A stretch of 64,000 bases of DNA, from NCBI GenBank assembly GCA_964653455.1, contig CAZZFK010000001.1:158179-222178 (forward strand), read 5' to 3'. Positions within the stretch are counted from its first letter, which is position 1; every line of letters begins with the position of its first letter. This DNA comes from an uncultured bacterium. GTDB lineage: Bacteria; Margulisbacteria; Termititenacia; CAZZFK01. Below, in pieces: positions 10,002-19,404 of the stretch. The translations under genes were made by a program, and so were the position numbers. Under the pieces are notes generated by a model, which worked only from the letters and a program-made list of their open reading frames with translations, did no database searches and had not been told where the DNA came from.

Positions 10002-10038
10002 GCCCTGTTCCTCTCCGTTCATCGGTCCGGAACAGGGC
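10002..10038. other. perfect 10-bp inverted repeat (GCCCTGTTCC ... GGAACAGGGC) with 17-nt loop
   Basis: Read directly; 12 nt after the micropeptide stop; no T-run follows, so this is a terminator-like or regulatory stem-loop of uncertain role. Confidence 0.4.
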
Positions 10039-10177
10039 CAACATCCTCATCGTTAGAACATATCCCCATAAATATACTCTTATTTTTCGATACATTTTAT
10101 AGGCATATCGTGTCGATATACATATGTACCCAAGACCGGTCCGCACAAAGTTCGAACAACGAAAGGAGGAACGCTCT

Positions 10178-10325
10178 CGTGAAAGCACAGGACAAATATC
10201 ACATTTATCTGGGGATCGTGCTTGTGATCATTTCCGCACTGACCTGTATCCAGACGAACACCTGTATCGCACAGAACTCACATACCACCCTGACAGCCAT
10301 GAACTCTTCATCGGTCATTGAATGA
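10178..10325 (+). CDS. small hydrophobic protein (about 49 aa from a GTG start)
   Basis: AAAGGAGG 9 nt upstream of GTG 10178; one hydrophobic helix (IYLGIVLVIISALT); the track lists a longer 71-aa version from ATG 10110 that lacks a Shine-Dalgarno. Confidence 0.3.
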
Positions 10326-10387
10326 AAAACACGGACCAGAACGAACGCCATCATCGAATATGATCGTCCGCGGCCCATCTTCCGGAG

Positions 10388-13246
10388 CTACTTCCCTCGC
10401 CGTACCATTGCATGCAACGATTGATACCAGGCCTTCCCCGTCCGCGTTCTTTTCATCTCAAGGTCTTTCACGACATTTTCCATCCATGGCCCGTACGCGA
10501 ACACGACCCGCTTAAAGATGTTCAGTACCTTATGCGCTTTACGTATCGGCAATTGTTCAGCGATATATTGTTCGTACTTTTCACGCTGATGATACGGTTC
10601 CAGGAAGATATTCAGGTCATGCACACTGTCTTTTGCTCGCTCCAGTATCTTTTTGAGCGCTGTCCTGCTCCGCGGATTTTCCCAGAGAATATCAACGATA
10701 TCGAGCAATCCTGTCATCCTCCTCCGCCCTGTCGCTTCATCATCGCCCTGGAGTTGCGTCTCAGGAACGATCTCTTTGAGCGTCGCATAATTGAGCTCAT
10801 ATTCTTTGCGGGACTTGACCGAACCCTCGATATATCCGCCTACGAGCTCGGACGCGATCTTTCCCATGAGCACCACAGATAGAGCGACCCCTGCCCAACC
10901 AAAAAGATAGGAAAGACCGAACGCGATCGGCCCCGCGATAAAACTTCTCATAAGATTCCGTCGCTTTACGTCCTGTGTGAAACCTCTCAATGAATTATGC
11001 GCATAGATGTACCCCCCATTGAGGGCCGCGAGGGCCACATAGTTCAGGAACCGCTTCGCCATCTCAACAGCAGCATGCTGCTGCGTTCGCAAATGCTCCG
11101 CGATATGTCCATGATACGCGGAGACGTACGCGATCATCTGGTCCATGCTCTGCTCGAGCAGAGCACCGTCAGTCGTGAGCACCATGGACTGAAAATAATG
11201 GTCCGCGATACGGAGCACCGGTATAGAAAGAAAACTGAAGAACATGGAGACCGCGGCATTATGCGGATCAAAATCCTTCATACGCCAATTAACCGGGTTC
11301 CAGCCGTTCTTAGCGACCAGATCCACGACCATATTACGTCCGTACGTGATAAAGAACCAGAACGCATGCACAGCTTCACCGTACGAGAACGCTGCCTTTC
11401 CACAATAGACCGCATATGAGACCGCAGTGCCTAACGTCATCACGATCACGTCTTTGACATGCATATTGAGATCGAACACATAGTCCCGCATCCGGCCGAA
11501 CGGGCCTGTGCGCAGGACATCTGACCGCAGCTGCAATTTCGCCTTCTCGCTCTTGCCCAAAGAGAGCACTACACCATGATCAGAGGACGATCTCACGGAC
11601 ACATGCCCGAGCAGACCGGTCAGTGCATCACGAGGACCCATTCTGAGACCGATCATATCAACGGCGTTCACACGAAGAAGTCGTCTCCAGCGGCGGACCT
11701 TCCTGCGGTCGGTGTACCCCATCCCAGGGACCTTATGGTTATGCCCGTCCGAATTACTGCCGATACGGGCCCGCAAGGGGACCTTCCTGAAATGCTCGGA
11801 GGCTTTCGCCAATTGATAGCGTCGTATATCCAGTTTTTCCCGCTCGACCAACCGCACGGCTTTCGTGACCTGACCCTCGTTCAAACATTCTCTGATCTTG
11901 TTGAGTAAAAGCATCTGTCGTATCAGCTCTGGTCCGGCCACACGATTATTCCATACTTCGATCGATGAGATATGTTCATGATATGTGGTCATATAGTCCA
12001 CTGCCGCTTCCAGACCATGGATAATGGACCTATTGAGAACAACATGTGCCCGGATCTCCTGACCTTCCTGGGAGACCGCATTGATACGTTCAAGAGCAGT
12101 GAAGGCGGTCTCCGGCAACATGAACCGCATGCTGTCCATCATCTTGAAATAGATACCATCAAAATATTTCTTTCTAAGATACACCTTATCCATGCGTTCA
12201 GGGAGCTTTTTACCGTTAATGAGAAAGAGCGCGGTCAAATGAGCGTGCAGATACCGACCGAGATGGACCTGAAACAACGGTTTCCCCTGGGCATAGGTAT
12301 ATAAATCCTCGAGGTCCAAAGACGGTATCGTGATCTGTTCATAGACCAGGTCGCTGTTCAAGACGGGCAGGACCTCCGCATTGAACCGCTCAATGAGACG
12401 AACGAACAACTGATCACGGGTCTTATTGTTCTTGCGAAGCGCCTGAGCGAACTGCTGCCAGGCTTTATCAGCAAAAAGTGCGTCATAATCCCCTATCGTG
12501 CGACAATGCTCGAACACGACGGTCTGATGATAGTATCGCCCGCCATAACTGACGACATATTCCAGGCCGCAATGGACCGTGATATCCAGGATAGCACCGG
12601 CACATACCACTTCATGAATAGCATCCCTATCCTCGAACGCATCAAATACGATCGTGAGCCCGGACAAGCCTTTGATATACGCGTCCAGAACGAGCTGTGC
12701 AGGCCGTTTGCGATCGATAGAGACATGATCGTCCCATGCGATACGTCCGGTCTTTTCCGGTATCTCGGCCATACCCAGGAGGGCGAGCGCACGGCGTACG
12801 GCAGGAGCTTTACCCGAAAGGGCACGCATGTAACAGTCGACCAGCCGGCATTGCCGTAAGATGTTCCCTTTTGCCTTCACACATTCTTTCATAAGGGCCA
12901 TCAGTACCGGAGGCGTGTTCAGCGGCATTTCCTTGCTGTTATAATTGCGACCTTCCTCCATCAGCCTTTTGAGCGCACGCAACCGCAGGTCAGGATCATT
13001 GGAGCGGATAGCGACATAGAGCAGTGCCATATCAAGGGGCTTTTCATAGACCACCTCTTTGAACCCGCGCACATGCCCTTCGAAGAAGAAATGGATATCG
13101 GCGATATCACGATCCAGTAGTTCGTTCAGCGTACGAACGGTCGCATATATCTCCGGGGAGAACGTGGTCGCGCGGCGCACACGGCCGGAAAATGTCATAT
13201 CCCGGACATGCTCAATGACCGCAGCGGCTACTATCTTGGCGAACAT
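10388..13246 (-). CDS. large uncharacterised protein (952 aa) with predicted transmembrane segments
   Basis: Long ORF; hydrophobic stretches (FIAGPIAFGLSYLFGWAGVALSVVLMG, MFFSFLSIPVL) towards the N-terminal third; no family recognised. Confidence 0.6.
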   Translation of the reverse strand: MFAKIVAAAVIEHVRDMTFSGRVRRATTFSPEIYATVRTLNELLDRDIADIHFFFEGHVRGFKEVVYEKPLDMALLYVAIRSNDPDLRLRALKRLMEEGRNYNSKEMPLNTPPVLMALMKECVKAKGNILRQCRLVDCYMRALSGKAPAVRRALALLGMAEIPEKTGRIAWDDHVSIDRKRPAQLVLDAYIKGLSGLTIVFDAFEDRDAIHEVVCAGAILDITVHCGLEYVVSYGGRYYHQTVVFEHCRTIGDYDALFADKAWQQFAQALRKNNKTRDQLFVRLIERFNAEVLPVLNSDLVYEQITIPSLDLEDLYTYAQGKPLFQVHLGRYLHAHLTALFLINGKKLPERMDKVYLRKKYFDGIYFKMMDSMRFMLPETAFTALERINAVSQEGQEIRAHVVLNRSIIHGLEAAVDYMTTYHEHISSIEVWNNRVAGPELIRQMLLLNKIRECLNEGQVTKAVRLVEREKLDIRRYQLAKASEHFRKVPLRARIGSNSDGHNHKVPGMGYTDRRKVRRWRRLLRVNAVDMIGLRMGPRDALTGLLGHVSVRSSSDHGVVLSLGKSEKAKLQLRSDVLRTGPFGRMRDYVFDLNMHVKDVIVMTLGTAVSYAVYCGKAAFSYGEAVHAFWFFITYGRNMVVDLVAKNGWNPVNWRMKDFDPHNAAVSMFFSFLSIPVLRIADHYFQSMVLTTDGALLEQSMDQMIAYVSAYHGHIAEHLRTQQHAAVEMAKRFLNYVALAALNGGYIYAHNSLRGFTQDVKRRNLMRSFIAGPIAFGLSYLFGWAGVALSVVLMGKIASELVGGYIEGSVKSRKEYELNYATLKEIVPETQLQGDDEATGRRRMTGLLDIVDILWENPRSRTALKKILERAKDSVHDLNIFLEPYHQREKYEQYIAEQLPIRKAHKVLNIFKRVVFAYGPWMENVVKDLEMKRTRTGKAWYQSLHAMVRRGK

Positions 13247-13394
13247 CTCTGCTCCCTTATTATGGGCGATACATTACCTTCCGGCACACCTGTGCCGGTA
13301 CTATGTTAATATCGTACAGATATCGTTGGAAATTCAGCGGATCAATCCTATGCCGTGGCCGGACGTACGACCGCGCTTGCGCTACCTCGCCAGC

Positions 13395-15521
13395 TCAATG
13401 TACGGGACTGGGGTCAATAGTGCTGTCGGCAGGGTATGTGTTATGGACCCGATATGACGAATACCCCTTGGTCCCTCTCATTTTATTCGCTCGTCGTTCA
13501 TTTTCCAGGATACGGGTAGCTTCTTGAATATCATGTGCAGCATCCTTGAGTACCATCAAGGAATCCTTTTGTATCTGATAGAGCACGTGCCGGGACCTTT
13601 TAAAAAGGGAGGGATATACATGATGCTCGATCGCCCATCGGTTCAGCTGCCTCAGCCGCGCAAGTTCATACTGCTCCCATCGGGCAGGGAAACGGTCCTG
13701 TTCATCCTTCTCGAGCCGACCGCGGACATATCCATACAATTCTGCCGCAAGACGGTCATGCATGACATGTTCTTCCGTTATACCAAGGAGAGAAAAGAGG
13801 TCGTTACGCGCTATCAGTTCATTGAGATTATCCCACGCAGAAAGCCCTGTTCGGGCGGATAATGACGGATACGTCCGCAATAAGAACTCCAATACCTCCT
13901 TAGCGTCCTGATTGCTGATATCCTCAATCCCGTATTTACCCAGGTCCATATCCCACGTCAGGAAATGCGGCCCGAGCCTAAAGGTCCTTTCTTGTTCCTC
14001 GATCCATTTTTTCTGTAAAGCTTGTACGGCCGCATCGATATCTCCGTTACAGGCATCAAATATCCTGCCGTACGTATCCATCGTATTCCTGTCATCGTCG
14101 ATCGAGGCCAGATACCGCAACGCCTCCGTGCGTTCTTGAACATCATGTTGTGCCCCATCACGACCGTCATGCCGAACGGCGAACTTCTTATCCACCTCAG
14201 CCAGAAGATCATCAAGGCTCGCCAACGGGGCATATGTAGGTTCAGGCTTTTTTTCTGACGGACGGTGAACAGGACCATCTTTCGAACTTCCGTCTTTCCG
14301 GTCACCTGAACCCTCTTCCCGAATGACCGCTGCGACACGCATCTTTTTTTTCTGCTCTTCAAGGAGCCTATCCCCTATCTGTTTATGTCTGTCCGATGTT
14401 CTCTGCATGCCGTCCTTGAGCCACTGCCGCACCTCCGCACTGACCGCATCAAAGATACCGCTCGCGGCCATATCCGCGTCGTTCGGCAAGAGATATATCT
14501 GTGTCCCGTTCTGATACCGCAAGAGCTTCTGACCGTTCTCCTGTAACATATGCCGATAGAACAGGACCGAGCGCTCGGTAGTGCCTATATCTTTCGCGAA
14601 TTGGCGCACACACTGGTACATGGTGCGCACCTGACCGCCCATATAACGGCCGCGCAGATATTTATCGAAATCATCAGGATATAATCTGGAGATACTTTCC
14701 GCCCTCTTCAGGTCCTTCATGATCTGCTGCGATATCTTTGCGGGAGCGGACGCATCGAGGTCCAGGCCTTTTGTCGAGAACACTTCTTTTTCCGTATACC
14801 CGCTCTTGGGGTTCTTTTGCAGCCCGAGCTCCAGAACGGACACTAACTTGACCGCATCGCCCACGGATAACGCGAGAGGATCATCAGCCTCTTCCTGCGG
14901 CCACATTTCTTCCAAGCTCTTGGCCTCTTCGGAACGAACGCCCAGTTTTTTAAGCGCATTGGCCTTGCGCTCGTCCTCACAAAATATCAATCTCACGACA
15001 TTCTGCTCTGCAGGATAACGGCATATATCCGACATATGATGTACGAACAAGAACTCAAAATAATACCTGTAGACCCCTGTTACCCCATGGGACTTAAAGA
15101 ACCGTTCTTTATCGGCCGAGAACACATATTCCTCGAACAGTTCTTTCAGGTCCCAGCGAAAAACATCGTCCAGGCAGACCTTCCGTGTCTTTCCCCCGCG
15201 CACTATCACCACCTCATCAAGAGGTGCGTGAGTATGAAATACCGAAGCGAGCAAATCCTTTTCTTTGATGCCTACGGGATGGGGGGACGTTCTGATGTGT
15301 TTCATCAATTCTTCAAAGATCTGTGTGCGCTCTTTTTCTTCCTGTATCTCTTTGAGGTCCAGTTTCTTGACGCCCGCTTTTGTATCCGTAACAAGCGCTC
15401 CGCCGGAAGCCGACCAGTCCAGCAGTTCTTTGCCTTTATCGTCCGATATCATTTTTTTATGCCACATGGCCATACCCCTTCTTCCTATATAGATATCGTA
15501 TTTTTTGGAAAAAACTCCCAT
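13395..15521 (-). CDS. uncharacterised protein, paralog A (708 aa), UBA-like motif
   Basis: Shares with the next gene the N-terminus MG..(D)(I/T)YI.R...M..WH.K..SD, YRYYFEFLFVHH, a GL..D/E..AP.I helix and a Lys/Arg/Pro-rich linker; YGRIFDACNGDIDAAVQAL resembles the UBA / EF-Ts N-terminal fold. Confidence 0.65.
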   Translation of the reverse strand: MGVFSKKYDIYIGRRGMAMWHKKMISDDKGKELLDWSASGGALVTDTKAGVKKLDLKEIQEEKERTQIFEELMKHIRTSPHPVGIKEKDLLASVFHTHAPLDEVVIVRGGKTRKVCLDDVFRWDLKELFEEYVFSADKERFFKSHGVTGVYRYYFEFLFVHHMSDICRYPAEQNVVRLIFCEDERKANALKKLGVRSEEAKSLEEMWPQEEADDPLALSVGDAVKLVSVLELGLQKNPKSGYTEKEVFSTKGLDLDASAPAKISQQIMKDLKRAESISRLYPDDFDKYLRGRYMGGQVRTMYQCVRQFAKDIGTTERSVLFYRHMLQENGQKLLRYQNGTQIYLLPNDADMAASGIFDAVSAEVRQWLKDGMQRTSDRHKQIGDRLLEEQKKKMRVAAVIREEGSGDRKDGSSKDGPVHRPSEKKPEPTYAPLASLDDLLAEVDKKFAVRHDGRDGAQHDVQERTEALRYLASIDDDRNTMDTYGRIFDACNGDIDAAVQALQKKWIEEQERTFRLGPHFLTWDMDLGKYGIEDISNQDAKEVLEFLLRTYPSLSARTGLSAWDNLNELIARNDLFSLLGITEEHVMHDRLAAELYGYVRGRLEKDEQDRFPARWEQYELARLRQLNRWAIEHHVYPSLFKRSRHVLYQIQKDSLMVLKDAAHDIQEATRILENERRANKMRGTKGYSSYRVHNTYPADSTIDPSPVH

Positions 15522-15582
15522 TTTGAGGGGCTCTGGAGGGTGGTGCCCGGTGTGAAAAATACCGAATAATGCCGGACCTTCG

Positions 15583-17424
15583 TCAGCCGAACATATCCTT
15601 CAGTTCCTGGGCATGTTTCTCATTGATCTCAGCGGCTTTACGTAATAATTCTTTCTTGGCGACCTCGAAGTTGCCTCCGTTCTCTTCCAGGACACTTTTA
15701 CATTGGTCCTTGTCAAAACCGGCCATCATCACTTCACGCAACAGGGTCAACTCGCGAACTTCCTTTGAATAGGATCGGAGCAGCTCGGAACGCCAGAGGA
15801 TATCTTCCTCTTTTTCGTTCAACGGGCGGCCAAGCAACAATATCTTTCTCGCTCGGCCGATACTATTGCCTGAACGTTCATACGCAGAGGAGCACTCATC
15901 CCAGGTCTTTTTCGTTTCATAACAAAGGCTGAAGATATCGTCCTTTATTTGCTGCTCAGCAGTGATCGCCGCACGTTTCAGCGCATCGTGCTTCCTATCC
16001 ACCTCTTCACAGATCTGTTCAAAACTCTTCCGGGGAGGGAATTCCACCGGCACATACTGTTTCCTTTGAGGGACTTCCGCTTTAGGCGACGAGACCTTTT
16101 TTGGCGGGATCACAGGGACAGGCCGTGTCTCAGATTCTCGCTTTCCCCGCATTTCCGTCTCGCGTTGTTTTTGCTTTGCTTCTTCAAGAGCGGCCATTTT
16201 ACGCCCCGCCGCCAATATCTCCTCATGTTCTTCATCGTTCTTCAGCTTCAACCAATCGATGACATCCATGATGCGCCGTTGGTTCACATCGTTCTTGTCT
16301 TTCCGCTGACGATGGAGCTCATCTTTCAGCCCGGACAACGCAGTGGGATTGTTCAGGACGATGTACATTTCGCCCCTGTCCTCATATATGAAGAATTTTA
16401 CGCCGTTATTCAAAAGGAGATACTTGACCGCCTCAATGGCTTTGACCGTGCATCCGAGCTCTTTGGCCAACCTCGATTCTTCTCCGCCATAGTCCTGGTC
16501 CAAAAGTTTTTTAAGGTCCTCAAAACGCTGATATTCATACTTGATCTTTTTGCGCTCATGAATGAGTTTACGTATCTGCGGTGCCGTCTCCCTGTTCAAC
16601 CCAAGAGCATTGAGGAGCGTACGCTCCGTATACCCTAACGGGTCCCTTCTGTTGCCTTTGTTCAATAACCCCAGAAGTTCTTCTTCTTTCTCATGAAATA
16701 TCTGGATCGTATCGATATTCTCGTATTCGAACGTATCATAACCGACCCACAGGGATTCCAGTTGCTGTGCGGCAATGGAATTCTTGCCCAATTTTGCTAC
16801 GGCAGCCTCTACCCTGTCCTGCAGGGAAGGAAGAATGAAGATCTCCCCGTTATGAGCATATCTGATGATCTTGAGCGGATGATTGGCGAACAGATAACTG
16901 AAGTAGTACTTATACTGCTCTTTGATGTTCGAATCGGAAAGGAATCGTCCGATATTGTTCACATATCTGCGGGAAAGCTGGACCATATCTTCGACCGAGA
17001 TATCCATTAAGGGTTTTACCTTGAAATCATTTGGCCCTGCGATCACATTATAGGGGACCTGCGGCACCTTGATAGTGAACGCTGCCGGATATCCGAGGAC
17101 CTCCAGCAAGCGTTTTTCCCGCACACCGAACACGTCCTTTTCCGTGCTTAATTCATGTACGATCTTCTTTCTCAGGTCCTCGAGGGCCCTCTCATCTTTC
17201 AATTCAGCGGGCGTTTTTTTAACTTCCTGTTTAACGTCAAAAGTATCATCCGCAGCGAACAACTGCAGGTCCATACGCAGCTCAATACGCTCGCCATTCT
17301 CTCCGACCGCATATACGGGCGTTCTCAGCCACGCAAGACAATCGGATAATAATTTATTATGCCACACGGACATACCTGTGCACCTCTGTATATAGGTATC
17401 GGAACCTCCTGAAGGTCGTCCCAT
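15583..17424 (-). CDS. uncharacterised protein, paralog B (613 aa), C-terminal UBA-like domain
   Basis: Paralogous to 13395..15521 (YKYYFSYLFANHP, LGCTVKAIEAVKYLLLNNG); C-terminal VMMAGFDKDQCKSVLEENGGNFEVAKKELL fits the UBA consensus (MGF ... NG.(V/F)E.A...LL). Confidence 0.65.
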   Translation of the reverse strand: MGRPSGGSDTYIQRCTGMSVWHNKLLSDCLAWLRTPVYAVGENGERIELRMDLQLFAADDTFDVKQEVKKTPAELKDERALEDLRKKIVHELSTEKDVFGVREKRLLEVLGYPAAFTIKVPQVPYNVIAGPNDFKVKPLMDISVEDMVQLSRRYVNNIGRFLSDSNIKEQYKYYFSYLFANHPLKIIRYAHNGEIFILPSLQDRVEAAVAKLGKNSIAAQQLESLWVGYDTFEYENIDTIQIFHEKEEELLGLLNKGNRRDPLGYTERTLLNALGLNRETAPQIRKLIHERKKIKYEYQRFEDLKKLLDQDYGGEESRLAKELGCTVKAIEAVKYLLLNNGVKFFIYEDRGEMYIVLNNPTALSGLKDELHRQRKDKNDVNQRRIMDVIDWLKLKNDEEHEEILAAGRKMAALEEAKQKQRETEMRGKRESETRPVPVIPPKKVSSPKAEVPQRKQYVPVEFPPRKSFEQICEEVDRKHDALKRAAITAEQQIKDDIFSLCYETKKTWDECSSAYERSGNSIGRARKILLLGRPLNEKEEDILWRSELLRSYSKEVRELTLLREVMMAGFDKDQCKSVLEENGGNFEVAKKELLRKAAEINEKHAQELKDMFG

Positions 17425-17461
17425 TTATTTGAGCTTTTTTAATATGCGGAAAAATGAAAAG

Positions 17462-17498
17462 AATAAAACCCCGGCGATACCTGTATCACTACAGGTAT
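17462..17498 (-). terminator. intrinsic terminator downstream of the PGK-family gene
   Basis: 9-bp perfect stem ATACCTGTA / TACAGGTAT with 4-nt loop; on the minus-strand transcript it is followed by a U-rich tract (plus-strand AATAAAA). Confidence 0.5.
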
Positions 17499-17524
17499 GC
17501 CAGGGCCTATCTTAGCAGTAGCAG

Positions 17525-19126
17525 TTATTGCTTTTTTGGCTGCGTAACATCATATCCAAAATTATACATTTCTGACATCGTATACTGCAGGACCTTGATC
17601 GACGGTAACGCCAACCCGTCAATAACATAGGCCATCGCCGCACCACCGCCGGTGAGCAATATACTGTACTCTGTACTATGATCCAGCAATCTTGATTTCT
17701 TTATCGCCGAATCCGTATCACCGCCGCCTAAGATACCATACCCATGGGTGACCTCGGCAAAAGCTTTGATGATGGCATCGGTACCATGTGCGAACTGAGG
17801 ATTTTCGAACACACCCATAGGACCGTTAAAGAACCTGTACTCGGCAGCTTTGATCCTCTCCGCATATAATTCCTCGGACTCACGACCAATATCAAGATAG
17901 ATCTGGTCATCCGCGATCTCTTTGACATTATGAACATCTTTAATATGCTTCCCGCCGCCGAACACGTTCGGAAGCTCTGTCCAACTGACCGTGCGAAAAT
18001 CCTTGGGGATAATGATGTTCACGCCGTTCTGTTCCGCGGTCTCAAGGAGCTCTATTGCCGCACGGATGCCTGCCGGATCGAGCTTCTGCTTATCCCAGAC
18101 CGCCTGGGGGATACCTTGTGCAAGAGCCTCTTCAAGAGTAAGCCCTGGCACACCCACCTTCATGCCGCGTGCTTTCATGAAATATAACGCCATTTTTCCG
18201 CCGACACAGATATCCTTGATACCTTTATCGACAAAACTGCGCAAAATATCGATCTTTCCCATTTCTGCTCCGCCCGGATCACCCATGATCTTGGTCCCGC
18301 CTGAGACCACGACCGACCTTTCCGGATATTTCAGGAACGCATCATGGAGTACATGCAGTTTCGCACTGCTGTTCACAAAAGAATCCGAGGCCATGACCGG
18401 TTTGTGAAGCTTTTTCATGGCTGACACCAGAAAGTTATTCGACCATTGAACGCGATGGATGAAATCGAACCCGGCGTTCATATATACGTCCAGATAATCC
18501 AGCATCTTCGGGAAAAGGTTCTGGTTCTTTTTTTCCATCATCCGTTCTTTTTCATTGATGCGTATGTTCTGGAGCAGCAGTATTCTGATCTTCCCTTGCT
18601 TCACTTTCCTTAGCTTCCAGAGCGCTTCTATACCGGCAAATTTTTTGGATTTTACCCTGTCTATCTTGATAACACCTTTGCCGAATTCACGCTCCACTCT
18701 GTGCTTCATTTTCTCAAAGATCATTTTATTATCTTTGAAAGTAACACCCATGATATTGTTCTTGTCTTCAACGTGATAGATAAGCACTACGTTCATACCG
18801 GCCTCAACAGCCGTTCTGACATCAGTCCATGAAATATCCATGCGCTTTTCGCTATCCACTTCATAACCTTTTGCAAAGAATCTGAGGGATTGCTTCGCAA
18901 GCTTGAAAGTAAGGTTCCAGTCGACCCTGATGCCGATCGTTTTACCCTTCACCCATTCTCTGTTCATCAGAATAAAGTTCTTAAAGGTTCGGATACCGTT
19001 CTTGTTCAAATGATTCGGCTTGAGCCGGTCTACGCTCCTCATTAAGTTATGCGTTGTATAAATATTTGGCCTTTGCGGTACAACTAATTCCTGGACGAAT
19101 TCTATTACTTTCTTTGAATGATACAT
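17525..19126 (-). CDS. pgk: phosphoglycerate kinase-family protein with N-terminal extension
   Basis: C-terminal RFFNGPMGVFENPQFAHGT, ILGGGDT and LTGGGAAMAYVIDG are diagnostic PGK motifs; N-domain aligns (IRILLLQNIRINEKE, IHRVQWS) but SHLGRP is replaced by YHVEDK; AAAGGAG precedes the ATG at 19126. Confidence 0.7.
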   Translation of the reverse strand: MYHSKKVIEFVQELVVPQRPNIYTTHNLMRSVDRLKPNHLNKNGIRTFKNFILMNREWVKGKTIGIRVDWNLTFKLAKQSLRFFAKGYEVDSEKRMDISWTDVRTAVEAGMNVVLIYHVEDKNNIMGVTFKDNKMIFEKMKHRVEREFGKGVIKIDRVKSKKFAGIEALWKLRKVKQGKIRILLLQNIRINEKERMMEKKNQNLFPKMLDYLDVYMNAGFDFIHRVQWSNNFLVSAMKKLHKPVMASDSFVNSSAKLHVLHDAFLKYPERSVVVSGGTKIMGDPGGAEMGKIDILRSFVDKGIKDICVGGKMALYFMKARGMKVGVPGLTLEEALAQGIPQAVWDKQKLDPAGIRAAIELLETAEQNGVNIIIPKDFRTVSWTELPNVFGGGKHIKDVHNVKEIADDQIYLDIGRESEELYAERIKAAEYRFFNGPMGVFENPQFAHGTDAIIKAFAEVTHGYGILGGGDTDSAIKKSRLLDHSTEYSILLTGGGAAMAYVIDGLALPSIKVLQYTMSEMYNFGYDVTQPKKQ

Positions 19127-19404
19127 GTGTTTTACTCCTTTTGGTAAGAAACATCTGTCACTCTCTGATCTATCGTACTTCCCCCACCTCCCGTTCTCTT
19201 TTCATGTGTCAACATGACCGGCACAGAAAATACAAAAATAAATAGTACATATAAAAATATACAGCTGTTTATCGCTATCACTCACGTGCGATTTCAAAGA
19301 GTATTCAGTGTGTTCAATAATAATGAACAACCCCCTTCGCTCATCCACTGCATACACCGTGGTATACTTTTTCAAAAAATATCAGGAATACTAGCAGGTG
19401 CACA

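Noticed and set aside
15949-16638. 229-aa plus-strand ORF (with 16693..17010 and 17069..17395)
   Set aside because: Antisense to the 613-aa paralog B gene; no start signals; shadow ORFs
19181-19203. C-rich tract CTTCCCCCACCTCCCGTTCTC upstream of the PGK-family gene
   Set aside because: Only the C-rich half is present, with no complementary G-rich partner nearby, so it is not counted as another copy of the anti-SD element
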